DNA from: a virus
Lineage: Duplodnaviria; Caudoviricetes
Virus record (IMG/VR): IMGVR_UViG_2836880742_000002
Coordinates: 1 to 64,000 of that record
DNA length: 64,000 nt
Strand: one strand, 5' to 3'
A program made the translations under genes and the position numbers. Within the stretch, counting starts at the first letter, position 1. Every line of letters starts with the position of its first letter. The notes beneath the pieces were generated by a model, which ran no database searches, had not been told where the DNA came from, and was given only the letters and a program-made list of their open reading frames with translations. Below are positions 29,280 to 40,324 of the stretch, one piece after another.

Positions 29280-30119
29280 TTATTTAACAATCAAAGAAGC
29301 ATCCGCATACTTCTTCATCACAGTCGTGTAGTATAAGCTGCCGATATAAGTCAGCTCTATCTTTGCCGACTCCATCTCGTCCAACGAAAAGGTATTTCCG
29401 TTGATGTGGGTCCATGTGGTCGGGTCATCCGGCAAGGTGACCGATTGCGTGCCTTCCTCGCAGAATACGAATATCTCAATCCTGTGCCCGGATTTGGGAG
29501 TGCCGGCTATGCTTAACGACTGTGGGGAGCTGATGCTTATGTCAACCATGTCCACGTCCGCCGGTATGCCCGAAAGGGTGTCTGCATGCTCCACTTTGGG
29601 ACCTTTGGCCATCTCCGTCACCACGTTGAAGTCGATGAGTTGCACCATTGCATTCCCATTGAAGAAGTACAGTCCAAGATTCCCCGTCTGGGCATGGCGC
29701 ATCAGGTAAACCTTGCCCGCTATGGGAGAGTTTCCGTCAAAGCCGCAGAGGAACTCACGCTTTTGGTAAGCGAAAGGCGTCACCGAGGAATCCGACCAGT
29801 TATTATGGAGTTTCCCGTCTTCTCCCGTGGCATAGATTTTTTTGCTTCGTTCATAATAAACCACGGACTTCACTTTGGTGACGGATGACATTTCCGGCAT
29901 CGGAATGGTCGTGTCATTGTAATCACAGATGCCAATGCCTTGGGAAATTGCCGTGTTGAATATCAATCCGGAAAGAGAAGAGCTTGTTGCCATTCCCGGA
30001 GATTGGAGGTCGGACAAGGAATTGGCCAGTTCAAAGCCGCTTCCTCCCTCATCAAGCAACCTTGCCAATTCATCAAGCAACCGGTTGACTTCCGCCACAG
30101 TCCTGTTTAATTGTGCCAT
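29280..30119 (-). CDS. Tail-associated protein
   Basis: Shares NNWS...PIxGKVYxM segment with the fibre; follows the tail tip gene. Confidence 0.55.
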   Translation of the reverse strand: MAQLNRTVAEVNRLLDELARLLDEGGSGFELANSLSDLQSPGMATSSSLSGLIFNTAISQGIGICDYNDTTIPMPEMSSVTKVKSVVYYERSKKIYATGEDGKLHNNWSDSSVTPFAYQKREFLCGFDGNSPIAGKVYLMRHAQTGNLGLYFFNGNAMVQLIDFNVVTEMAKGPKVEHADTLSGIPADVDMVDISISSPQSLSIAGTPKSGHRIEIFVFCEEGTQSVTLPDDPTTWTHINGNTFSLDEMESAKIELTYIGSLYYTTVMKKYADASLIVK

Positions 30120-30139
30120 ATCTATTATTGTTTTGTTTT

Positions 30140-33100
30140 TTACATAAACTTTCCTATTCTACGCTGCCAAAATATTGCTTCGTACCCGTTCATTACGCCT
30201 GCACGGCATTGCAATGAAGCGAACTCCCCTACATTCAAAGTCCGGCTTGTAAAGCCCGTAGGGTCGAAATCTTCAGAGGAAGCACCGGAAAGGGCGAACG
30301 CCGTGTTGCTCATATTGTACATTATGACATATTGTCCCACGAGCGACCTTATAAAATTCTTTCTTTCCTCATCTTGTGTCACGTAATAATCTGACAGGCC
30401 CGGAAGGTACAATGGTGGAATTTCGGTGAACTCGCCACTGAAAACCACATATCCGCCAAGCTTTTCAAAATCAATTTCATATTCTCCTTCAAGTCCGTCA
30501 ACAGGTTTCAGGTACTGTCCGATGTTGGTTTCTGTGATTACGGTACGTGATTTTCCAACATACCCCCTGAATATGCCTTCATTGGCAATTATAATACCCT
30601 CGAACTTCCCGTTCTTGGACTCGGTGCTCCCGTCCTCCAACACCTTGAAGTTACCGTTGGCGGTCACCGCGCCTTCAAGCGATATATTTTCTCCCTTGAT
30701 GTTGACATCCCCTTTTTCAATGTCGATACCGACTTCCTTAAGGCCGTTGTTGATACCGATATGCACAGAATCCGCCGTCTGTTTTATCTCGCTCCGCAAA
30801 TCCTCGTCCAAGTCCTCCACCGAAGACGTGATTTCATCAGCCCTCTGCTCCAACTTGGAAATGCTGCCGCCATGGGATTCCAAGTCGGTGACCACGTTCC
30901 TGATGGCACCGTCCAAAAGCTCGAACCTCGCCGACACGACGCTTCCGTCCTCCATCACGAAATTACCCTTGAAAAGGTTCCCGTGAGGTGATATTCTTGT
31001 CACGAGTTTCCCTTCAAGCGAAAACGAGTTCACACCGGCATACTGGGCGACGTAAGGGGAATCTTCCCCGTAGGCCGAGAGGACAACCACATTCTGCCGG
31101 GAAGCGTCAAAGGCATTCCCTACCGTGACAATATTGTCTTCCGCCAAAGGCACGGTGCTCCCCTCCATGTATTCCCCCGCATCGTCAGACAAATCAATGT
31201 AATCCTCGCCCACACCAACCACTCTCCTCCAGTAGAACTGGTTCGATACCCCTTCGTACACCCCTTCTTTGATATTGAACGTGCGGCACTGCGCATTGTC
31301 GCCAACCCTGAACTCGTTGACAATCCTTTTGCCTCCGTCGTCATTCACAAAGAAGCAGCGGTATGCGGTCACACGCCCCACAGAACCAAATTCCTCCACC
31401 GGCTCGCCTTCGGAATCATACACTTTTTCTCCCGCCGCGTCGATGACGATATTGTCCGTTATTTCCATTACCCTGGAACACACCATCCCCGCAGGAGACA
31501 GCACGTTGGTGCCCCCGGTATGGTAAGCATGCTTTATCTCCAACGAGTCGAAATAAGCCTTCATGCGCACGTACAACTCGTCCACTTCAAAGTACGAGCG
31601 TCCCGCCGCGTTCTTTTTCAGCAATCCGTAGCCGCTCCCGAGAAGCCCAGTGACAAAGTTGTCGCTCGAAAGGTCGCCACGAAGCAGCAGCGAGGCCAGT
31701 TCCGCAGCCCCGTCGGAAGAGATCTGGCCGCCGGATTCGCCGGATGAAAAACTACCGATTATCAGCCCTTGGAGGAAAGTAATGATGCCCGAAGCGGTAT
31801 CATCGTTTAACTTTGAAAGGAACTTCTTGGCCAGTTCTTTGTTGTTCTTTTCTATCCCTTCTTTTATCTCCTTGTCTGTCCTTAGCGAAGAATAGGCGTT
31901 TGTATCCGACGGCTCGGTTTCATCGTCCTTCTTTATCAAATACACATTTGTACCTGATGTTGAAGAGCTTACCTTTCCAGGAAAGTAACTGCTTCCGTTC
32001 AGTTTGATGGAATCTATCTTGTCTTCAAGTGCGCCAAGACGGGAATAGGAGGCACTTTCACCGATGGTATACACCGGAGAATCCCATGGAATGTCAAGTG
32101 CAAGTTCATAGCCAAGCACACGCATGGTACGGGGGCTTGGGAAGAATGAGGGGTTGTTGACCGTTACCTTCTGGCCTACATCGAAAGGACAAGGTGTTTC
32201 CTGTGCCTCATTACGTGCCTTTGACCAGTCTGACATGAGTTTGGCCGACACGGTGCCGATGTTGTTCCTGATTTTCTCGGCATACTTCTCTGCTTCAGAT
32301 TTCAGTTCCTCTTCCGCTTCTGGGACAAGGTTCTCAAAAACATATTCCGTGTCGTATCCGGCCATGACAAATTCATTCCCGGCCTCTGGTTTTATTACCG
32401 TATCCGGCAAACGGCCCCCGTAGTCCTCGTTGGCCACTATTTCAAAGCATGTGGACGTATTGTCACTCTTTTCCGGAAGGAACGTAAGGCCGAATGTAAG
32501 TCCGGCAAGCTTTCCGGTTTGGAAGGTGATCGTAAGTTTCTCTGAAATCACATAGGAATTGTCGAACCCCACAAGCCCGGTGGTCTTGATGGTATACACC
32601 GGTACTTTCATTCCTGTGGGTTTCTTTTCCTCGCCTTCCGTGACATCAATCATTTCTTCCCCAACAGAAGATATGGAAAGCACCTTGCGTGGATAGACGT
32701 AATCGAAAGTCACGATGCCCTCTATCACTTCGTCTGGTGACATGTCGGGGTATACGTCTATATACGGTGTGCCTTCAGGAAGCATCAGCCTGCGTTGTAC
32801 AACCCCGTTTACCGTAAGGCCGTCAACGTCGGAATTGAAATAACCAATGGGGATTTTCATCCTTACGAGATTTCCAATTTCCACTTTCCTCCCCTGTGAC
32901 GAAGGCTCAAATTCAGAAATGTCACCACGAATACAAAGCTTGTTGAAAAGAATCTCGTTCGCGTTACCCTCAGAAACCTTGTATGATGGATTGAAAACAG
33001 CCTCATATTTATGGCTGTTATCTGTAAATTGCAAATATGATGAAGCTCTTTCACCAACAGATACAAACGTCTCAGTACCTTTTATACCAAGGAAACAATA

Positions 33101-34300
33101 ACCTTCTACGTCTCCATTTTCACAATCAAACTGTATATTGATGATTATTCGTGAACAACCATTTGGAACGATTAATTGAGAATCTGGAATATTGAAAGTC
33201 TTTTCCGCAAAACCGTCAACATTTTCCTCGTAGTCTAATATGTGGTCGGACGATTTATCCGTGTATAAAAAACAACGGAATTTTTTAAACCTGTAAGGTA
33301 TTGATGTATGCCTGAATGTAAATTGAAGACCTGAAAGAACGCAATTATATTCAGTACCATAAATCAATCTGTTAGTAGAATCAATATTTGCACTGTTATA
33401 CAAATCAAATTGAAATACATTGCTTAGTGTTGTTCCTACACCAACCTTCATGTTTTGCCCTTGTTCTATAATGACAGGAAGGGAATGTCTGCTCCTTACA
33501 GAATCTCTAAAATATCCAACCACCAAATCTTTATCCAAATCAAGTGGTGCATAATTTTCTCCATTGACATTCAAGGAAACACCTGGTTCCTTCTTTACCG
33601 TGAACTCCAGTTTCTTCCGGTACCGGGATGATATGTTCTGCGTGGAGCCGAATGCGTATATGCGCGTGAAATATTCACCGCTGCTCTTGGACAGGCTCAT
33701 GGTTTCTGCCTCTTCGCCAAGGCTTATTTCCACAGCTTCCCCATTCTCACAACGTCCGAAACGGATTTTCTTGCCCTCAATCCACCATTCGCAGTTTGCG
33801 GCTTCCGCAAGGGAGGTAAGCGCATCTATGAGGTTGGTGTTGGAATAGTGCATGACCAAGGCATCCACGTTCACGTCATTGTCTATCTCATATTCATAGT
33901 CCTCACCGTTAAATTGGAATCCCCATGCTTTCAGGTTGCGCAGGAAGATGTCAAGATGGTATGAAAGTTGCGCCGTCAAATCCCATGCCGCCTCATTGCC
34001 TCCCGTTTCAGGGGTGTACTTGAAAACCTTGTTCTTCCACTTCATGTAAGAGGCTTCCATCTTCAACTCATAGTCATAACCGCCCGTGGAATTGTTGAAA
34101 GATGGCTTCTGGTCTTCTATGATTTCAAAGCGGCCAAACTCGCACTCTGTATGACAGCCGAGTTTGAACCGGACGGGATAAAGCAAGGAAAATTTGAGCG
34201 TGATATAGTCATCTTTCATCAACTCAAATTTTCGCTTGCTTCCTACACCTATCGGTGTGGACAAAACTAATACCTCGTTGTTATCCTTTATTTCTATCAT
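30140..34300 (-). CDS. Large tail tip / host-specificity protein
   Basis: ~1390 aa after distal tail; TRIYAFGSTQNI motif; start likely ATG 34300. Confidence 0.8.
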   Translation of the reverse strand: MIEIKDNNEVLVLSTPIGVGSKRKFELMKDDYITLKFSLLYPVRFKLGCHTECEFGRFEIIEDQKPSFNNSTGGYDYELKMEASYMKWKNKVFKYTPETGGNEAAWDLTAQLSYHLDIFLRNLKAWGFQFNGEDYEYEIDNDVNVDALVMHYSNTNLIDALTSLAEAANCEWWIEGKKIRFGRCENGEAVEISLGEEAETMSLSKSSGEYFTRIYAFGSTQNISSRYRKKLEFTVKKEPGVSLNVNGENYAPLDLDKDLVVGYFRDSVRSRHSLPVIIEQGQNMKVGVGTTLSNVFQFDLYNSANIDSTNRLIYGTEYNCVLSGLQFTFRHTSIPYRFKKFRCFLYTDKSSDHILDYEENVDGFAEKTFNIPDSQLIVPNGCSRIIINIQFDCENGDVEGYCFLGIKGTETFVSVGERASSYLQFTDNSHKYEAVFNPSYKVSEGNANEILFNKLCIRGDISEFEPSSQGRKVEIGNLVRMKIPIGYFNSDVDGLTVNGVVQRRLMLPEGTPYIDVYPDMSPDEVIEGIVTFDYVYPRKVLSISSVGEEMIDVTEGEEKKPTGMKVPVYTIKTTGLVGFDNSYVISEKLTITFQTGKLAGLTFGLTFLPEKSDNTSTCFEIVANEDYGGRLPDTVIKPEAGNEFVMAGYDTEYVFENLVPEAEEELKSEAEKYAEKIRNNIGTVSAKLMSDWSKARNEAQETPCPFDVGQKVTVNNPSFFPSPRTMRVLGYELALDIPWDSPVYTIGESASYSRLGALEDKIDSIKLNGSSYFPGKVSSSTSGTNVYLIKKDDETEPSDTNAYSSLRTDKEIKEGIEKNNKELAKKFLSKLNDDTASGIITFLQGLIIGSFSSGESGGQISSDGAAELASLLLRGDLSSDNFVTGLLGSGYGLLKKNAAGRSYFEVDELYVRMKAYFDSLEIKHAYHTGGTNVLSPAGMVCSRVMEITDNIVIDAAGEKVYDSEGEPVEEFGSVGRVTAYRCFFVNDDGGKRIVNEFRVGDNAQCRTFNIKEGVYEGVSNQFYWRRVVGVGEDYIDLSDDAGEYMEGSTVPLAEDNIVTVGNAFDASRQNVVVLSAYGEDSPYVAQYAGVNSFSLEGKLVTRISPHGNLFKGNFVMEDGSVVSARFELLDGAIRNVVTDLESHGGSISKLEQRADEITSSVEDLDEDLRSEIKQTADSVHIGINNGLKEVGIDIEKGDVNIKGENISLEGAVTANGNFKVLEDGSTESKNGKFEGIIIANEGIFRGYVGKSRTVITETNIGQYLKPVDGLEGEYEIDFEKLGGYVVFSGEFTEIPPLYLPGLSDYYVTQDEERKNFIRSLVGQYVIMYNMSNTAFALSGASSEDFDPTGFTSRTLNVGEFASLQCRAGVMNGYEAIFWQRRIGKFM

Positions 34301-34378
34301 ATTACCAAAAGGGCCGTGCATCTTCACACAGTATATTTATTGCCAAATATACAAATAATATTTGAAATCCAATCACTT

Positions 34379-34807
34379 CTATTGAGAATTATTAATAGTC
34401 CTATTTGATGGATTATATTCACATACCCTTAAACCAAATTTAATAATACCATCCACGATACCACTTAGTTTTTCACAAGATAAATATTGCATTCTATAAA
34501 TTATATCAGGTTGATAAATCGTACCTATTTCTAATACTCCTTTTGCAAGTTCTTCGCAGAAACCATTATATTTAGAAAATAAATCAGTTTTATTTTTGGC
34601 AACCATGTGAATTTCTAATGTTATTGTACGCTCATCAACTTTAACATTAGAAATCACCATTCTTTTTCCATGTTCTAATCTTGACTTATTTTCAATTAAA
34701 TCTTTGTTTGGAGGAGGAGTCATCAACGTTAATAAAGCTCCATTTTCCAAACCTATCCCCCATTCTAAATATGCATCTTTCCCATTTATAAACAATTCAC
34801 CTTTCAT
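34379..34807 (-). CDS. Distal-tail-like protein
   Basis: Follows tape measure; LFINGKDAY..WG, DERTITL. Confidence 0.65.
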   Translation of the reverse strand: MKGELFINGKDAYLEWGIGLENGALLTLMTPPPNKDLIENKSRLEHGKRMVISNVKVDERTITLEIHMVAKNKTDLFSKYNGFCEELAKGVLEIGTIYQPDIIYRMQYLSCEKLSGIVDGIIKFGLRVCEYNPSNRTINNSQ

Positions 34808-34809
34808 GG

Positions 34810-37800
34810 CTAACTTAATGATTTTATAATAGAATCTAACTTTTCACTAAACTGTATCAGCATGCTTTTGCTACATTTTTGTATATCAAACAAGTACCCA
34901 TTTGAAGACAATGACAAATTACGTATTTCTGACAACAAATTATTTATTGAAACCACATTTGAATTTAAATTTGACAACAGTGACAAGCTATTTAATATCT
35001 GACTTTGTATTTCCTGAATGGCCGTGAGCCTTCCGTTGGTCTCATCCACGCTTTCTTGGGATGCCTGTACCTTGACCGCGCTACTGGCCTGCCGGTCGGA
35101 AGCCACGCCTGACGTTTTCCACCCGAAATCGTTCATGAGCTGTTCCCGGTCGGCAAGCATTTGTTCTGTAAGTTCTTTTTGTTCTTGCCGTAGCCTTTCT
35201 GCTTCCTCCGGAGTAAGCTTGCCACCACTTTCTGAATCTGCCGCCCATTGGTTATATAGGCTTTCTATTTCGTCCTTATACTTGTTGGCTATAAGCGAAG
35301 AAAATATGGCATTCTGCAAATATTTCTCGAAATTGTCGGCAAAGTCTTCGTTTGTTGAATCCAAGTCGGACAGCAAATCCACATATCCGCTTTTGAACTC
35401 GTCAAGGCCGATTCCGGTCAATGCCTCTTTTTCCTTTTGGGCGATTTCTTCCAACTGCTCCCCATAATCCGCTATGTTCTGGATGTAGTCGATGAACTCG
35501 CCGTTCACCTCACCCAATACGGACACAAGCCTTTCATCCGTCAATAGCTTCTCCATCTGTTCGGAAGACAAGTCCCACAATTGGTATTCAGCCGTTATCT
35601 TCTCTCCAACGAGGCCGGATATGCGTTCGTAATCTTCTGCGGTAAGACGGTCATTTATACGGTATCCAAGAGAATGGGAACCGGCACTACTTCCGCTTGA
35701 AGCCAACTGTTTGATGAGTTGCCGTTGACGCTCTATCTGTACATTGACAAGCCTTGCAGCTTCGTCGGCGGCTTTCTGCGCCTCGATGCCGTAATCAATG
35801 TCAATATACTCCATTTTCTTGTCTATGAGTTGGTCCCAAATGTCTATCAGGGTATCATATTGGGATTTCAAGGCTTCATATTCCGAGTAGTCGGCACCAA
35901 ACTTTTCCTTGAAGAAGCCACCTATCCCTGATATAATTTTCATTCCGGCACTTATGGCGGCCAGTACTGTGGATGCTTTATCCAAAGCCGACATTTCCGC
36001 ATTTATCGCCTTTATGGCACCCACCGCTTGTAATGAAGATGACGCGATGCCTCCGGCCAAAGAGATGATTTCACCGAATGTTCCCCCTACAGTATCTCCT
36101 ATCTCCTCGAATACATCGTTCACATCGGTAAGAACTTTATACAGCTTGTCCCAATCCTTTGTGGACTTTCCGGGAGATACCTCTTCTTCTATCTTTTTCT
36201 TTTCAAGGGCATTTCTTAGCGTGTCCACTTTCGCCCTCTTGCCCGCCAAATCAGGATTGTCCGGGTCACTGATTTCCATGTTCATCATCTCCTGATATGC
36301 CTGATTAAGCAATTCACGGAGTTTTTCAAGTGACAAGTCAATTACGTTGTCAGCCCATGAATTAAAACTTTCCTCACGGGCGGCAAACTCATTGTCAATG
36401 GCTTTTAACGTTTCCTCTTCCTGATAATCTATTTCTTTCAACTGGGCACCGGAAGCACCGGCATTCTTATATCTTTCCCTTTCCTTGGCAAACTTTTCCC
36501 TCGTGGCATTGTACTTCGTGACATAGTCCTGATATTCAGAAAGGGAATCCTTGTAAAAATCCGCTATTTCCTTTTTCTGCCTCTCCCTTGCCTCTTTTCC
36601 CATCATGTCGAACGCGGATGTATCAACACTTACGGAAGAAGAATCAAATGCTTTTGTCTTATAGTTCTTGTCATTGGACGCTTTCAACTTCTCCTTGGCA
36701 TCAAAGGCATCCTTTTCCATTTGTATGATGGCATTGACGTAATCCTGACGTTGGTGGCCAATCTCCTGCAACTCTTTTTTATGGTTGAGTTCCATTTGGG
36801 CTTTCTCTTTCTCAAAACCTTCATCCATGGCATCTATCCGAGATTGGGCCACTTTATTCTCCAAATCTTCCTGTTGGCGGATGCGGTCTGTGGTATTCTT
36901 CCTTTCGAGTTCGGAAATGTGGTTTTGCTGTTGAGAAATAGTATTTTCTTGTTTGGTTGTTTGTGGCTTACTGCCCGTTACGCCAACAAGGTCTTTGTAA
37001 GCCTTTTCTGTGGCTTCCATTTTCTCACGGGCTTCCTTCACTTGCTTAGAAGTTGCCTTTTGGTCTTTTAAAATAGCTTCATAGCCTTTCTTGGCTTTTT
37101 CCCAATCGGCCTTGGCGGCTACAAAATCTTGTTGATAAGTGGTCTGCCCTTGATTACGGGAATTTAACACCCTTTCCATCGCTTGCTTTTCGGACTGCAA
37201 CTGATTGCTTGACTTGATTCCGGGTAATATGCCGCCAACGACCTTACCTGCCCGAAGGTTCTTTCCCATTTTCTGTGCATTCTCTAATCGTTTGAGCAAG
37301 CGTTCCCTAACTTTGATTTCACCTTCAAGCTGCCCATTTGAATAACCTGATAAATCTGACAGTATTTCATCATATTCCTTTTTGTTGACTTCTTCCTGTT
37401 TCAAATCACGCTGCTTAACGAGATTGCTTCTTTCATTGGCTAGTGATTGTACAGATAGCCCTGCACCAGATTTTGAGGCAAACTTTATAGCTTCGTTAAG
37501 TTTGTCAATTTCAGCATTAAGCCGTTGAAGTTCCTCTTCATCCGCAACCTGCTTTCGATGCTTGTCTTCTTCATTAATTAACTTTTTGATATTTAAAATA
37601 TCGCGAAGCATATCTGCTTCCGTCTTATACTGTTTGAATATATCAGGATATTGCTGTTCTAATCGGATTAAGGCTTTCCTCCTGTCATCTGTGGAAGATT
37701 GTTCGTCTTGCGCAACGGATAAAAGAGCCTCTATTTCAGCCTTATGTTCTGCTGTTTTCTTCGCAGATTCTTCAACTGACCTGTTGTAAGCATCAATTCC

Positions 37801-38898
37801 TTTTTGGCATTTGTCCGTATTATTTGCTGAATTTAACAAAGCAATGCCTAATGCTGTCACAGAAGTAGCTACAAGCACATAAGGATTGGCAAGCATTGTT
37901 GCATTTAAAATTCTTTGTGCCTTTGCAGTTAATACTAACCAACCATAATGAGCACGTTCTGCGACAGTGAGAGCTGCAATACCAGAAGCCTGTAAACTTT
38001 GCAAAGCGGTAACAGTCATTACGGCTACTTTGTATGTACCATAAGTAGCCACAAGACTAAGCAATACTTTTCCCACCTGCTCGTAATTTTCGACCAAAGA
38101 TGAGGCGGTACCAAGAACATCATTAATTACACCTTCGTTGGCTTGTCCGATTTCGTTGAACATCATTGAAATGCTGTCACCGATATTGGATATTTGCCCC
38201 GAAATAGTTTTGCTTTGGGCTTCCATCAAGCCACCGAATTTTCCTCCTTCATCAGTAAGGCTTTCGATAACTTTCTGCACTTCGGGGAAACCAACCCTAC
38301 CTGCTTCAACCAACCCTCTGACCTCGCTTTCAGCTACACCAAACTGTTTTGCCAATTCAGCAATCATAGGAATACCACGCCCTGTGAACTGATTAAAATC
38401 CTGTGTATACAAACGCCCTTGAGACATTGTAGTCCCATAGAGATACACCAAATCATTCAATGGAATAGAAAGCCCCGCAGCAATATCGCCAAGCCGAATA
38501 AGAGTTTTATTAATGTCTTCGGCGGAAACGCCGTATGCGAGCAATTGCTTGGCTCCGTTTGCCACACTTTGTAAATCAAAAGGAGTAGTCGCGGCTGTTT
38601 CCACCATTTGAGCCATTAGGGCATCAGATTTCTCTTTGCTCCCAAGCATGGTATTAAAAGCCACTTCTAACTGTTGGAACTCACCACGTACTTTTACAAT
38701 ATTGCTTACCAATTCTTTGGCGGTAAAGCCTGCGCCAAATGCAGTTGCCGCTTTAGTCATGCGACTGAACATGTCCTCTATGCTCATGCCACTCCGCTCA
38801 ATCTGCTTAGACGTGTCCTTTACCCCTTGCTCTGTTTCTCTCAACTTGCGCATGAAATTGGAATTGTCTCCAGTTATATCAAAATGCAATCCTGCCAT
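34810..38898 (-). CDS. Tape measure protein
   Basis: 1362 aa helical; AATTPFD, QFTGRGIP tape-measure motifs. Confidence 0.92.
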   Translation of the reverse strand: MAGLHFDITGDNSNFMRKLRETEQGVKDTSKQIERSGMSIEDMFSRMTKAATAFGAGFTAKELVSNIVKVRGEFQQLEVAFNTMLGSKEKSDALMAQMVETAATTPFDLQSVANGAKQLLAYGVSAEDINKTLIRLGDIAAGLSIPLNDLVYLYGTTMSQGRLYTQDFNQFTGRGIPMIAELAKQFGVAESEVRGLVEAGRVGFPEVQKVIESLTDEGGKFGGLMEAQSKTISGQISNIGDSISMMFNEIGQANEGVINDVLGTASSLVENYEQVGKVLLSLVATYGTYKVAVMTVTALQSLQASGIAALTVAERAHYGWLVLTAKAQRILNATMLANPYVLVATSVTALGIALLNSANNTDKCQKGIDAYNRSVEESAKKTAEHKAEIEALLSVAQDEQSSTDDRRKALIRLEQQYPDIFKQYKTEADMLRDILNIKKLINEEDKHRKQVADEEELQRLNAEIDKLNEAIKFASKSGAGLSVQSLANERSNLVKQRDLKQEEVNKKEYDEILSDLSGYSNGQLEGEIKVRERLLKRLENAQKMGKNLRAGKVVGGILPGIKSSNQLQSEKQAMERVLNSRNQGQTTYQQDFVAAKADWEKAKKGYEAILKDQKATSKQVKEAREKMEATEKAYKDLVGVTGSKPQTTKQENTISQQQNHISELERKNTTDRIRQQEDLENKVAQSRIDAMDEGFEKEKAQMELNHKKELQEIGHQRQDYVNAIIQMEKDAFDAKEKLKASNDKNYKTKAFDSSSVSVDTSAFDMMGKEARERQKKEIADFYKDSLSEYQDYVTKYNATREKFAKERERYKNAGASGAQLKEIDYQEEETLKAIDNEFAAREESFNSWADNVIDLSLEKLRELLNQAYQEMMNMEISDPDNPDLAGKRAKVDTLRNALEKKKIEEEVSPGKSTKDWDKLYKVLTDVNDVFEEIGDTVGGTFGEIISLAGGIASSSLQAVGAIKAINAEMSALDKASTVLAAISAGMKIISGIGGFFKEKFGADYSEYEALKSQYDTLIDIWDQLIDKKMEYIDIDYGIEAQKAADEAARLVNVQIERQRQLIKQLASSGSSAGSHSLGYRINDRLTAEDYERISGLVGEKITAEYQLWDLSSEQMEKLLTDERLVSVLGEVNGEFIDYIQNIADYGEQLEEIAQKEKEALTGIGLDEFKSGYVDLLSDLDSTNEDFADNFEKYLQNAIFSSLIANKYKDEIESLYNQWAADSESGGKLTPEEAERLRQEQKELTEQMLADREQLMNDFGWKTSGVASDRQASSAVKVQASQESVDETNGRLTAIQEIQSQILNSLSLLSNLNSNVVSINNLLSEIRNLSLSSNGYLFDIQKCSKSMLIQFSEKLDSIIKSLS

Positions 38899-38959
38899 TG
38901 GCCTTTTCGATTTATTATGTATTGTGTATCATCACACAATTCTGTTCTATATTTTAATA

Positions 38960-39673
38960 TCAATCACTAAAAATCGCCCTTATTTTATCGGTATTTCGTG
39001 GGTCATCCCCATTAATAATTTCATTATTATCAAACATCCTAAGTTCTTTACGTTCATCCTCACTTAAATAGACGGTATTTATGGAATCAGCCATAAGCAT
39101 CTGTAAATTCATATAACTGACTTCCCATACAACATAATTGACCGACCATCCGTAACGCTGACACGCAAAGTCTATCAATGAGCCATAGATACTTTTGCCT
39201 CCAAATGAAATACTTCCGTTTCCTTTTTTATTTTTTAGTTCTGAAACACGTTTGCGCACGGCACGTTCCTTGTCTAAACCTAAATATTTGATATACCCCT
39301 CAATGTCATTCCATGTAAAGGTAAGGACTAATAACTGTGCCAATTCATCCTTATTCAGCCGCTTAAAAAAGAAATTTTGTCTTTCTAATACTTTGTCTTC
39401 ATTCTGAATATCTTCTTTACGTTTTAGGCTATGATACGCTAATATGCGGCAAACTATAGCTTTCTTGTTCTCGCATAATCGCAGGGCTTCCATGTAGGGG
39501 TTGGTAGCCAGAATATCTTTCTTTATTTCTAATCCTTCTACTAATCGTGAGATTAGATAATTCTTGCCTAACGTGGGTTGATACAACAAAAAACGCCGAC
39601 CGTCAATAGTGAAACTGATAGGTTTCTCCATAATCGTGTCTGCGATATTCATTTCAATGTCTTTATTTTCCAT
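38960..39673 (-). CDS. Putative tail assembly chaperone
   Basis: Position between tail tube and tape measure. Confidence 0.6.
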   Translation of the reverse strand: MENKDIEMNIADTIMEKPISFTIDGRRFLLYQPTLGKNYLISRLVEGLEIKKDILATNPYMEALRLCENKKAIVCRILAYHSLKRKEDIQNEDKVLERQNFFFKRLNKDELAQLLVLTFTWNDIEGYIKYLGLDKERAVRKRVSELKNKKGNGSISFGGKSIYGSLIDFACQRYGWSVNYVVWEVSYMNLQMLMADSINTVYLSEDERKELRMFDNNEIINGDDPRNTDKIRAIFSD

Positions 39674-39691
39674 AAAGCTAATATGAATTAG

Positions 39692-39761
39692 AGCGCATCT
39701 AAGGAATCGAACCTTAACCTTAAACAGGATTGTTCATATGCTACCATGACACCAAATGCGC
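39692..39761 (-). ncRNA. tRNA-Gly-like RNA with 6-nt anticodon loop
   Basis: GCGCATT/GATGCGC-T acceptor, GTGT/GCAT D arm, TGAAC-AATCCT-GTTTA, TAAGG-TTCGATT-CCTTA. Confidence 0.75.
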
Positions 39762-39813
39762 AAAACACGTGGGTACAAAAGCCCCCACGTTCGGCTGTTG
39801 TCCTATCGAAAAC

Positions 39814-40302
39814 TTACTTACTTTCTTCAATAGTGACGGTAAGAGTATCATCACTTCCCGTAACTTTAATTACTCCCCATTTTACCTGATTGCCACTTTC
39901 CGGCTTCAAAGCATCATGGGTATAAGTAATCATACCGCCATCTTGTGAAGTGAAACTATCTTCCGCCGATACGGTAGATTTGTCAATCATAATACCGGGA
40001 ACGGTCTCATCTTCCGGTTGTACAGCGACCGCATAGTTATTGGCAATGATTCCGTCATTCTGCTCAAACGGCATAGTCTTGCCCTTCGCCACACGAATTT
40101 GATAAGCCAACGCATAAGTGTTCTTGGTGTAACGAACATCTTCGTTTTCACCGCCTTCCACTTTCGCTTCCTGCTTTTCACCTTTTGTAGCCGTCAACTG
40201 TGTTGAGTTCTCGACAGGAACAGGTACTTCCTTCCATTTTGAAGAAGGAGTATCCAAATCTTTGATAAAAATTCGGGGTTTTCCCCATCCGATTACAGCC
40301 AT
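39814..40302 (-). CDS. Major tail tube protein
   Basis: 162 aa beta-rich; position after tail terminator. Confidence 0.7.
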   Translation of the reverse strand: MAVIGWGKPRIFIKDLDTPSSKWKEVPVPVENSTQLTATKGEKQEAKVEGGENEDVRYTKNTYALAYQIRVAKGKTMPFEQNDGIIANNYAVAVQPEDETVPGIMIDKSTVSAEDSFTSQDGGMITYTHDALKPESGNQVKWGVIKVTGSDDTLTVTIEESK

Positions 40303-40324
40303 AGTTCTATATCACTTAATATAG

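Noticed and set aside
29303-29323. Further copy of the late hairpin (TGAAGAAG) before the fibre gene
   Set aside because: Inside coding sequence and needs a bulge plus several G-U pairs; too weak to count
38960-39673. Programmed frameshift in the tail chaperone
   Set aside because: A single ORF fills the space up to the tape-measure leader; no second frame is needed
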